From a virus (Duplodnaviria; Caudoviricetes), in IMG/VR virus record IMGVR_UViG_3300005589_000017, positions 1-37,793 of that record: a stretch of 37,793 nt of DNA. The stretch is one strand, 5' to 3'. The notes under the pieces were generated by a model. That model was not told the DNA's origin and did no database searches. It saw only the letters and a program-made list of their open reading frames with translations. This document shows positions 26,534 to 33,775 of the stretch, in pieces (position 1 is the first letter of the stretch; every line of letters starts with the position of its first letter). The position numbers and the translations under genes are program-made.

Positions 26534-26744
26534 TACAGATACAACTGTTACAGTTGGTGTTGGTGTTGGTGGTGCTACTTATTCAGATTTAGTACAAGGT
26601 GCTAGTGCTGAAATTATCGCTATTTTAACTATAACATTTTTATCTCTTAAAATACTTTTCCTAATAATAATAAAGATTTTAGAAATAGTTAAAAATTTAA
26701 AAGAAAACAAAAAGCTTAATAGGCGTAGGAATGATAAAAAATGA
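26505..26744 (+). CDS. Holin-like membrane protein
   Basis: Long TM segment, basic C-terminus, overlaps the endolysin start. Confidence 0.6.
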   Translation: MIEELNEVLNTDTTVTVGVGVGGATYSDLVQGASAEIIAILTITFLSLKILFLIIIKILEIVKNLKENKKLNRRRNDKK

Positions 26745-27121
26745 GAGATATTAACCTACATATAGTACACTGTTCAGACACTCCAGATAATATGGATCTT
26801 GGTGTAAAAATAATTAGACAATGGCATTTAAAAAGAAAATGGAAAGATATTGGATATCATTTTGTTATACGTAGAGATGGTTCAATAGAACTTGGTAGAC
26901 CTATCTCAACAATGGGCGCACATGCTAAAGGATATAACAAAAACAGTATAGGAACTTGTCTTGTTGGCCGCAATGAATTTACAGAAGAACAATTTAAATC
27001 TCTTAAATTCCTTGATAATCATTTTAAAATGGCTTATAATGTAGAAACAATAGGACACAATGAAGTTAATGAGTACAAGACTTGTCCTAATTTTAATGTA
27101 AAAGAAATATTGAAAGGGTAG
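26741..27121 (+). CDS. N-acetylmuramoyl-L-alanine amidase endolysin (T7 lysozyme-like)
   Basis: VHCSDT, IGYHFVIRRDG, GAHAKGYN, GHNE, KTCP. Confidence 0.95.
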   Translation: MRDINLHIVHCSDTPDNMDLGVKIIRQWHLKRKWKDIGYHFVIRRDGSIELGRPISTMGAHAKGYNKNSIGTCLVGRNEFTEEQFKSLKFLDNHFKMAYNVETIGHNEVNEYKTCPNFNVKEILKG

Positions 27122-27125
27122 TATT

Positions 27126-27353
27126 ATGGATAAATTAAAAAATATGTTGAAGGTTGTAACCCAACCAACAGGTATTAAAATACTTTTAGCAGTATTAGCA
27201 GCTCTTGGAATTAATCCAGATATTGCAACAGCAATTAGTGCATTAGTGCCATTAGCAGATAGCTTTGTTCAATCAGCAGGAGCATTAGTTGCAGGTGGTT
27301 TAGTTATTAAAGAATTAGCGAAAGACGAAACAAAAAAATCTAAGAAGAAATAA
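27126..27353 (+). CDS. Holin-like two-TM protein
   Basis: Two hydrophobic segments, KKSKKK tail, directly after the amidase. Confidence 0.65.
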   Translation: MDKLKNMLKVVTQPTGIKILLAVLAALGINPDIATAISALVPLADSFVQSAGALVAGGLVIKELAKDETKKSKKK

Positions 27354-27360
27354 TTATATC

Positions 27361-27410
27361 AGTCGGTGCGAACTACCCACGTATCGGCTGTCTATATCAC
27401 GGATGGGTAG
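27361..27410 (+). ncRNA. Predicted H-type pseudoknot
   Basis: 10-bp stem (27361-70/27380-89, three G-U pairs); loop CUACCCA pairs with UGGGUAG (27404-10). Confidence 0.55.
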
Positions 27411-27412
27411 AG

Positions 27413-27440
27413 GAGGCTTATTAATTTAGGCCTCTTTTTT
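27413..27440 (+). terminator. Intrinsic terminator at the convergence of the two arms
   Basis: gaggctta-ttaatt-taggcctc + T6. Confidence 0.8.
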
Positions 27441-27567
27441 ATTCATTATCATTTAATATAAAATATATTAAGCATGAAGCTTGGCAAATAAGGATTATAT
27501 ATAAAACAACTGCAGAAATAATAAGAAACAATTCAGACGCTGTGTAATTCTCTAATATATTTACCAT
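27439..27567 (-). CDS. 42-aa single-TM peptide
   Basis: Manual translation MVNILENYTASELFLIISAVVLYIILICQASCLIYFILNDNE. Confidence 0.5.
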   Translation of the reverse strand: MVNILENYTASELFLIISAVVLYIILICQASCLIYFILNDNE

Positions 27568-27747
27568 TTATTCATCACCAGCAATAGTCTTCTTAATACT
27601 TAAATATATACCAATAGCACCCATAGCAACGATAATTACGTACTTTCTAAGTCTCCACAGTACCATTGCCCCAATTACTATACAAACAAACACAAAAGCT
27701 TGCATATAGACTGGCAATCCATTTATTAATTCAAATAAGTTAATCAT
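27568..27747 (-). CDS. Two-TM small membrane protein
   Basis: RBS AGGAGG before ATG 27747. Confidence 0.7.
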   Translation of the reverse strand: MINLFELINGLPVYMQAFVFVCIVIGAMVLWRLRKYVIIVAMGAIGIYLSIKKTIAGDE

Positions 27748-27871
27748 AATATCCTCCTTTTCTTTTTTCTGACCATTCAGTATATAAACCACATAAGCTT
27801 ATTACACATAAGCATGGAAATGTAATCGGTAATAATAATATAAATATAGTTTTTCTTAATGTATAAGTCAT
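27740..27871 (-). CDS. 43-aa hydrophobic Cys-rich peptide
   Basis: ATGA overlap with the MazG stop; RBS GGAGG; MTYTLRKTIFILLLPITFPCLCVISLCG... Confidence 0.5.
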   Translation of the reverse strand: MTYTLRKTIFILLLPITFPCLCVISLCGLYTEWSEKRKGGYYD

Positions 27872-28203
27872 TTTACATCCTCCGAACATTTACCTATTTT
27901 AATGTCTTCTTCTTTAATATAATTACCATGCTTAGATATTTTGCCTTTGCGAGATTTATTCTTTTCTAAAGCTCTTCTCATGCACTCCTCTAAGTCGGTA
28001 CCCATAAGCTTAGCTATTATAGCACAAACTATTGTAACATCTCCAAGTTCTATTTTAGCATCTTCTCTTCTGTTATCAAATAAACATCTGCAAAATTCTC
28101 CCCACTCTTCACTTACTTTGAGAGTTTGTCTAAATTCTGTGCTGTGTTCTATTATTCCTACTTCTTCAGCCCATTGTATTACTTCGTTAAGTGTTTGTTT
28201 CAT
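27868..28203 (-). CDS. MazG-like nucleotide pyrophosphohydrolase
   Basis: QTLKVSEEWGE...ELGDV...KNKSRKG. Confidence 0.85.
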   Translation of the reverse strand: MKQTLNEVIQWAEEVGIIEHSTEFRQTLKVSEEWGEFCRCLFDNRREDAKIELGDVTIVCAIIAKLMGTDLEECMRRALEKNKSRKGKISKHGNYIKEEDIKIGKCSEDVK

Positions 28204-28220
28204 TGTTTATCCTTTCTTAG

Positions 28221-28529
28221 TTAAAATAACTTATTATCAATATCAATACTATATTCTGGACAGTGTTTTTTTAATAAGCTGTGCATTTTAAAAGATTTAT
28301 TTTTATTTGTTTTACTGTAGTTAACAAAGAAACAAAGTCTAATTACAAATAGGTCTATTGTTATTTGAAACCAGACACCATAGCACCAATTTATATTAAC
28401 CCCCAAACACACAGACCAATAATTTATATATTTATATACATCACCCATTGTTACTTCAAATAGACCTAAATTTATACTATTCTCTTCTGTCTCTACATAT
28501 ATTCCACAGATATTTAAACTTTTTTTCAT
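28221..28529 (-). CDS. Hypothetical protein
   Basis: ORF in a packed operon. Confidence 0.5.
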   Translation of the reverse strand: MKKSLNICGIYVETEENSINLGLFEVTMGDVYKYINYWSVCLGVNINWCYGVWFQITIDLFVIRLCFFVNYSKTNKNKSFKMHSLLKKHCPEYSIDIDNKLF

Positions 28530-28581
28530 CTTCTATACTTTCTTAATTAATGGCAGTTTTAAGGATCTGCCAACCTATTCG

Positions 28582-28779
28582 CTAAAGGTGTCTGTTGAGG
28601 TAATTATCAATTACGTGACTATGACCTCGTTCAATATTCTCACGTACAAGGCTAAGGTTTGCAATCTGCTTAGTAGTACGCAGGTTAGTCTTTCCATGGT
28701 TTACAAGGATATTGTCAACTGAAAGCTTGTGACAAATTTCCTCATTAATCAGAAGTAATGCAAGTTTTCTCTTATCCAT
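28582..28779 (-). CDS. Hypothetical protein (higher-GC cassette)
   Basis: RBS GGAGG; overlaps the upstream ORF. Confidence 0.65.
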   Translation of the reverse strand: MDKRKLALLLINEEICHKLSVDNILVNHGKTNLRTTKQIANLSLVRENIERGHSHVIDNYLNRHL

Positions 28780-29008
28780 CTTGTACCTCCATATGAGCCT
28801 TGAGATAATCTCTCAGCTCTTCATTGGTTGCAAGGTCTACAGAAAGCTTTGCTTCGACTAATTCGTTTACCTCTATTTCGAGTTGACGAACTGCACTAGC
28901 TTTAGCTTTTGCTATACCTCGTAAGTCTGCTGCTTGTATACTTCCAAGCAAGTCGGTTTTGTATCTGATCTCGTTTTCCAGTAAAGTAATAACTAGACCT
29001 TTAAGCAT
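28772..29008 (-). CDS. Hypothetical coiled-coil protein (higher-GC cassette)
   Basis: RBS AGGTG. Confidence 0.65.
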   Translation of the reverse strand: MLKGLVITLLENEIRYKTDLLGSIQAADLRGIAKAKASAVRQLEIEVNELVEAKLSVDLATNEELRDYLKAHMEVQDG

Positions 29009-29163
29009 TTTGCACCTATGTGATTTTGGTATAAAACTGCTATTTTAGATTATGTCTCCGAAATCTTTTTCGGTGACGTTTGAAAAGGTAAGTTGTTGAC
29101 CATTTTCCTAACGTCAGGAATATGGTATAAAAAGTTAGTGAGCTAGGCTCGGTTGTTAAGTCT

Positions 29164-29228
29164 TGTGGCTGGTCGTCTTCGAAGAATCATTTAACTCAAA
29201 TTCAATGCGTTTGAGCACCACGTTGTTA
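29164..29228 (-). ncRNA. Three-way-junction motif, copy A
   Basis: UAACAACGUGGUG-hairpin-UUAAAUGA-hairpin-CAGCCACA, shared with copy B. Confidence 0.6.
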
Positions 29229-29426
29229 TCTCCCTATGCTTATCATAGCACCGTCTTTTGTAGTGCAGTAGTATTGCATTACTCCTCCAGTAAGCCCATT
29301 TCTAAAATTACCAATCTTAGAATCTTTAGGGCACTCTTTTAATGCTTTATTATAATATTCACTAGAATCGCTTGAGCACGATACAATAAAAGCAGATATT
29401 AATATTATCAATATTCTATTCATCAC
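29226..29426 (-). CDS. Small lipoprotein
   Basis: Signal MMNRILIILISAFIVS-C lipobox; two further Cys. Confidence 0.75.
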   Translation of the reverse strand: MMNRILIILISAFIVSCSSDSSEYYNKALKECPKDSKIGNFRNGLTGGVMQYYCTTKDGAMISIGR

Positions 29427-29458
29427 TTATTCCTTTATTTATCTTTCTATTATTAAAG

Positions 29459-29518
29459 TGTGGCTGCTAGGTTCACCTCATTTAAAATCATTGCTCCGTA
29501 TAATTCACCACGTTGTTA
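29459..29518 (-). ncRNA. Three-way-junction motif, copy B
   Basis: Same three conserved blocks as copy A, with different but still paired hairpins. Confidence 0.6.
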
Positions 29519-29698
29519 TTTATTTGTATTAATATCTTCTTTTATAGCAAGAATTAAAGTCTTTAAATCAGATGTATCAATTGCTTCATTCATATTATTG
29601 TATAAAAAAGTCCCTTCTTCATCATACATTTTACTTAGTAACTCACCAGCAGAATATATGATATTATCTATTTCTTCTAATAATTCTTCTTTACTCAT
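29516..29698 (-). CDS. Small acidic hypothetical protein
   Basis: RBS AAGGGT; D/E-rich. Confidence 0.65.
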   Translation of the reverse strand: MSKEELLEEIDNIIYSAGELLSKMYDEEGTFLYNNMNEAIDTSDLKTLILAIKEDINTNK

Positions 29699-29702
29699 AA
29701 TA

Positions 29703-29951
29703 CTACCCTTCCTTTGCTTGTTTTATATATTCTCGCACTTCATTCTCTAATCTCTCTAAGTCAACATGTATTTTCTCAATCCATTTATTCTGCTTATTAA
29801 AAAATCCAATCATATATTCAGATACAAATCCTATATCTTTATTATCTGTTTTATGTATATATTTATCTATCTCATGTAATTCGAAATCATCACCTATTAC
29901 AGTAATCATATTACTAAGAAATATATTAATATCGTATTTATTCTCCGTCAT
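29703..29951 (-). CDS. Hypothetical protein
   Basis: Packed operon with RBS. Confidence 0.65.
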   Translation of the reverse strand: MTENKYDINIFLSNMITVIGDDFELHEIDKYIHKTDNKDIGFVSEYMIGFFNKQNKWIEKIHVDLERLENEVREYIKQAKEG

Positions 29952-30162
29952 GATTCCCTATCTCCTTGTTTTTATGTAGTTTTATAGCATTAGTAAATTT
30001 TGCTTTTTCTCCAGTTTCTACAATAATACATTCTGCTATATAAGTAGTTCCTATTCTTGGTAATTTCCTCTTAACAAGCTTAATAAATTTAAAGGTGTTA
30101 TCACTTGACGATATTTTAAAAACGTCGTCTTTTTTTAAATCAAATATATCACTCATCATCAA
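29938..30162 (-). CDS. Hypothetical protein
   Basis: RBS AGGAGGT. Confidence 0.65.
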   Translation of the reverse strand: MMMSDIFDLKKDDVFKISSSDNTFKFIKLVKRKLPRIGTTYIAECIIVETGEKAKFTNAIKLHKNKEIGNHDGE

Positions 30163-30577
30163 TACCTCCTATATCATCATACTCTTCAATTTTAGCCATA
30201 TTCTCTTTTCTAACAGCTTCTTGCATCTTCTTAGTATTCTCACTAATCTGATCATCTATAACCACCTCAGCACGTTCTCGTTGCTCTTCTATACTATCTT
30301 GTAGATCGTATTTAGGTTTAAGCAAGTCTTGTGCTTCTTTTAGTGTTGGTTTAGCCATTTCTACCCCTTTCAATTCTTCTCTAGTTTTATGTACATTATC
30401 TTTAGTTAAGCAATAAGAATCAGATATGCCCGTTAATGCTGAATACATCCTTATTGCCTCAGTAAGCCCATGTGCTACAGTAAAATTATAGTCATGACCT
30501 CCGTTGCTTTTTTCTATTCTTGCATCGCGTTCTTTAACTATGCAATCGTACCATGCTTTAGTAAATTCTTTAGTCAT
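30149..30577 (-). CDS. Hypothetical protein (possible internal start at 30358)
   Basis: ORF with an internal AAGGGGTAGAAATG in frame. Confidence 0.6.
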   Translation of the reverse strand: MTKEFTKAWYDCIVKERDARIEKSNGGHDYNFTVAHGLTEAIRMYSALTGISDSYCLTKDNVHKTREELKGVEMAKPTLKEAQDLLKPKYDLQDSIEEQRERAEVVIDDQISENTKKMQEAVRKENMAKIEEYDDIGGIDDE

Positions 30578-31142
30578 CTTTAATATCCAATTCTTTTAAT
30601 AGTTTGTATGTTTTTGCTGTTTTGATTAGTTGTTGTATATATTCAGGTTTTACTCTGTAAATATCTTGTAATAATTCTATATAGTCATCATTATTTTTAT
30701 GAATACTTGCAATATTAAATGATCCGCCAGTTAAAAACTCAAGTCTTATAACTTTAGTTTTTATTCTGTCTTCACTATAAAACAGTCCAATATTATTTAA
30801 CTCGCTTTTTAACCACCCATCAGCATCACCGTCAAAGTCTTTTAGTGTTTGGAGTAGTTCGTAGAATTGCACGTAAATCTTAAATGCTGTTAATTCTTTC
30901 TCATTTAATTTACCTGATATTTTAGTAAACAAGCATATGCCATGTTTATCAGTTATTTGGATGCTAACATAACTTCCAGATAACCACATATGATGATGTG
31001 TAATAATGAAAACACCTTCGCCTATGCTTACCTCTTCCGCCAGTCTTAACTCTAACACCCCATCTTCTTTTAAGATGTCATATTTATGATTTCTTTCCTC
31101 ACACCACTTACCCCAAAGCTTTTCTATTTGTTTATCGTTCAT
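30570..31142 (-). CDS. Hypothetical protein
   Basis: 190-aa ORF overlapping both neighbours. Confidence 0.7.
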   Translation of the reverse strand: MNDKQIEKLWGKWCEERNHKYDILKEDGVLELRLAEEVSIGEGVFIITHHHMWLSGSYVSIQITDKHGICLFTKISGKLNEKELTAFKIYVQFYELLQTLKDFDGDADGWLKSELNNIGLFYSEDRIKTKVIRLEFLTGGSFNIASIHKNNDDYIELLQDIYRVKPEYIQQLIKTAKTYKLLKELDIKDD

Positions 31143-31317
31143 TTTTCCATCTTTCTTTAATTAATTTGTTTTTTTTAATTACAGCCTGTCTATTCTTTTT
31201 ATAATGACACTTTTTACAGTATGGCATTAATAAATCTTTACAGCTTTTATTTATATAGAACTCATCTATAGACTTATTATCTTTGCATATTATACATTGT
31301 TTCTTAAAATCTGTCAT
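31132..31317 (-). CDS. Stand-alone zinc-ribbon protein
   Basis: MTDFKKQCIICKDNKSIDEFY...YCKKC; ATG 31317 preferred. Confidence 0.6.
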   Translation of the reverse strand: MTDFKKQCIICKDNKSIDEFYINKSCKDLLMPYCKKCHYKKNRQAVIKKNKLIKERWKNER

Positions 31318-31606
31318 AAGACTGTTTACAATCGTATTCAGGCATGTCTTCATCTGATACAACCTCTTCATCTTCTTTAATCTCATCATCGCTAATAAAG
31401 ATCTCTTTGCATTTACCGCAAACTGGGTCACCATTATATTTGGTAATTGCCTCTTTTCCGCATCCTACACAAGTAGTAAGCTTGTCTAATGCTGAAATAT
31501 TTGTTATAATATCATCATAGAATGAAACACAATGCTCTACTGCTTCTATTGTTTTACATTGTTTGATAATATTGAACGCTTGTTCGTAGTAATATAATTT
31601 TGCCAT
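31304..31606 (-). CDS. Zinc-finger protein with an acidic tail; first gene of an early unit
   Basis: RBS GGGAG before ATG 31606; CVGC...CGKC. Confidence 0.7.
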   Translation of the reverse strand: MAKLYYYEQAFNIIKQCKTIEAVEHCVSFYDDIITNISALDKLTTCVGCGKEAITKYNGDPVCGKCKEIFISDDEIKEDEEVVSDEDMPEYDCKQSYDRF

Positions 31607-31639
31607 GTTGTTAACTCCCTTTGTTATTCTCATATTAAT

Positions 31640-31668
31640 AATATAACACCTTGTATATGCAATTGCAA
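31640..31668 (-). promoter_or_regulatory. Early promoter with TGCAATTGCA palindrome
   Basis: TTGCAA-17-TATATT. Confidence 0.75.
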
Positions 31669-31719
31669 GAGAAAAAGTAAAAAAAGTTAAATTAATTTAA
31701 AAAAGGTATAAAAATCAGT

Positions 31720-32109
31720 ATGAAAGAGCACGATATACAGAAAAGAATCGTATCTTGTTTAAGGAGGTTAGGGTGTATAACTATATGTACAGATATGTAT
31801 TTACCACTTATGTTTTTTGGAAAGAATCAAAAGGCTAGGTTAAGTTATATAAGCTATGCCAAGGGGCAGGGGGCTGATTCTGGAGTTAGTGACTTAGTTG
31901 CTATAACTAAGAAAGAAGCAATATTTATAGAAGTTAAAAAATGGGGTATTGGTAAAACTGGTAAAGTAATCGGTAGAACAAAACAATCCCCAGAGCAAAT
32001 AAACTTTCAAAAGACGGTAGAGGAAAGAGGGTTTAAGTACTTTCTTATTAACGACCCAGAAGTAGAGACAGAACTTTATAATTATATAAATAAAATAGCC
32101 ACTGAATAA
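31720..32109 (+). CDS. VRR-NUC family nuclease
   Basis: KEHDIQ, GVSDLV, FIEVK, QSPEQINF. Confidence 0.9.
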   Translation: MKEHDIQKRIVSCLRRLGCITICTDMYLPLMFFGKNQKARLSYISYAKGQGADSGVSDLVAITKKEAIFIEVKKWGIGKTGKVIGRTKQSPEQINFQKTVEERGFKYFLINDPEVETELYNYINKIATE

Positions 32110-32220
32110 ACAATGGCTACGAACATAGGGGGGTTAACAAATGTTGAAAAAGTGGATAACCTAAAAAGGATTTTTAAAATCTCCGTCTTTCAAAATGTTA
32201 AGTTATCGAACTGATAACAA
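32092..32220 (-). ncRNA. Putative stand-alone sRNA (about 125 nt) with anti-RBS tracts
   Basis: Promoter TTGACT-16-TATAAT (32252-32225), 5' hairpin, terminator GUAGCCAUUG/CAGUGGCUAU+U; no gene-sized ORF. Confidence 0.6.
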
Positions 32221-32237
32221 TTACATTATAACATCTT

Positions 32238-32561
32238 TTATTTATTAGTCAAGATGAATTCTTCGTAAAGCTTATTTGCATAGCTCTCAACATCTCCACC
32301 CCAAACATAATTATACCTAGCGTAGAATGATTTTTCACCTCTATGTGCCTGTTCATGACAGCTTAATTCATTGTTGCTTTTTCTTACATTACATAAAGGA
32401 ATCGTAAAATTATCCCCAGTCTTTAATCCCATACCACCGCCCATACGCAGATGATGTCCTACAACACCTATCTTAGTACCGCATACGCAACATCTTTTAT
32501 CTTGATAAGAGTTAAGATATTGACGGTCTCTAATACGGTTTATTTTTGGATTACCTACCAT
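32238..32561 (-). CDS. DUF968/HNH-like zinc-binding nuclease
   Basis: CCVCG, HHLR, D..TIPLC, CHEQAH. Confidence 0.75.
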   Translation of the reverse strand: MVGNPKINRIRDRQYLNSYQDKRCCVCGTKIGVVGHHLRMGGGMGLKTGDNFTIPLCNVRKSNNELSCHEQAHRGEKSFYARYNYVWGGDVESYANKLYEEFILTNK

Positions 32562-33061
32562 AACTCACTAAACCTTTCAAGCATTTTGTCAAATCTTTTA
32601 GAGCTGTACCCACTCTCTACCATATCATTAATTAAAGAATCGATAGCAAGCCTTGCTTTATCTTTTTCAACATAAGACCAGCTTAACTCTTTAATTTTTT
32701 TATTCTTAACCAATTGTACTAATTTAGGTTTTATAGATACATTAGGCATTTCTTTATAAACACTTAATAAAAACTCTCTAAGCTCAGTATCTATCTTTTG
32801 TTCTTCCTCTTTGATAAGACCAGCAATCTTTTTATAGTGGTATCTCATATCAAAATAATCATTAAAGCTAGATAGACCAGATTCCCAATACATAGATAAT
32901 AACATATGGAACGTTTTATTTTGCTCATCTGTCTTATGCTCTTCTGGAGTTCCTAAACGCATTTCAATAGTATCTGATTTAATCTCTTTAAGTTTATCTT
33001 CTATATCTGTACTTGCAAATTTGTTTTGAAACCATGTATTGGCTGATGTTTTTCTAATCAT
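32555..33061 (-). CDS. NinB/Orf-like recombination protein
   Basis: KTDEQNKTFHMLL motif; neighbours are SSB-like and DUF968-like genes. Confidence 0.55.
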   Translation of the reverse strand: MIRKTSANTWFQNKFASTDIEDKLKEIKSDTIEMRLGTPEEHKTDEQNKTFHMLLSMYWESGLSSFNDYFDMRYHYKKIAGLIKEEEQKIDTELREFLLSVYKEMPNVSIKPKLVQLVKNKKIKELSWSYVEKDKARLAIDSLINDMVESGYSSKRFDKMLERFSELW

Positions 33062-33276
33062 AACACACTCCTTAATCTATCTATTATTTCTCTACTTACT
33101 ATCTCGTCTTTATGGAATCCCTGAGATATATATCTTATGTATTGTGCACTAACACCGCTTCTTCTAGATATTATATCTGTAGATAGCTCACGTACCTTAA
33201 GAAGTATATCTTCTAATTCAGATGCTTTCATTGTTCGTCCTTCCATCAAATCTAACAATGGTAAATATTCTTCCAT
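33058..33276 (-). CDS. Small HTH (Cro-like) protein
   Basis: STDIISRRSGVSAQYIRYISQG; RBS GGAGGG before ATG 33276. Confidence 0.55.
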   Translation of the reverse strand: MEEYLPLLDLMEGRTMKASELEDILLKVRELSTDIISRRSGVSAQYIRYISQGFHKDEIVSREIIDRLRSVL

Positions 33277-33295
33277 TTGTCTACCCTCCATGCTG

Positions 33296-33322
33296 AGGCT
33301 GTTTAGCCCCAGCCTTTGGGCT
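33296..33322 (-). ncRNA. Predicted compact H-type pseudoknot
   Basis: AGCCC-aa-AGGCUG-GGGCU-aaa-CAGCCU. Confidence 0.4.
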
Positions 33323-33332
33323 TAGGTTTTAT

Positions 33333-33557
33333 TTAAAAGGGAATATCTGAGCTATCCTCTTCTTTTTCTTTTGGCTCTACAACATTAAGCCAAATCTTAC
33401 CATCCTTTGCGAATGCTGGTAGATTAATAGTATCATCAAGACAGATTGCCTCTTTACCATTTTGTTTAGTAATTAGAACACCAGCGTTAAACCATTGAGT
33501 TTTAACCTCTCCGTTTTTTGTTGTGTATTCTTTTGCTATTGATAGTTTTTTAGTCAT
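33333..33557 (-). CDS. Small ssDNA-binding protein (putative)
   Basis: EYTTKNGEVKTQWFNAG beta pattern; acidic tail ending DIPF. Confidence 0.7.
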   Translation of the reverse strand: MTKKLSIAKEYTTKNGEVKTQWFNAGVLITKQNGKEAICLDDTINLPAFAKDGKIWLNVVEPKEKEEDSSDIPF

Positions 33558-33570
33558 TTTGTTAACTCCT

Positions 33571-33774
33571 TTATTTAAATTCTATAAATCTATACATTTC
33601 ATCAGCCACTCTAGCTGACGATTTTCTATATTTAATTGCTCTTTGCTCATTATATGGATTTACAATACACATAATAGTTCTGATTATATATACACATGCA
33701 AATATTAAAACCAAAATAAAAATAGCGATAAGTTTAAATGGTAATTTTAATATGTTTAATAATAATGATCTCAT
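33571..33774 (-). CDS. Single-TM protein
   Basis: RBS AAGGA before ATG 33774. Confidence 0.6.
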   Translation of the reverse strand: MRSLLLNILKLPFKLIAIFILVLIFACVYIIRTIMCIVNPYNEQRAIKYRKSSARVADEMYRFIEFK

Positions 33775-33775
33775 T

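Noticed and set aside
29164-29518. Canonical integron attC sites or canonical hammerhead ribozymes
   Set aside because: No terminal GTTRRRY pairing with the TAAC end and no integrase; CUGAnGA and GAAA cores absent. Kept as an unclassified motif
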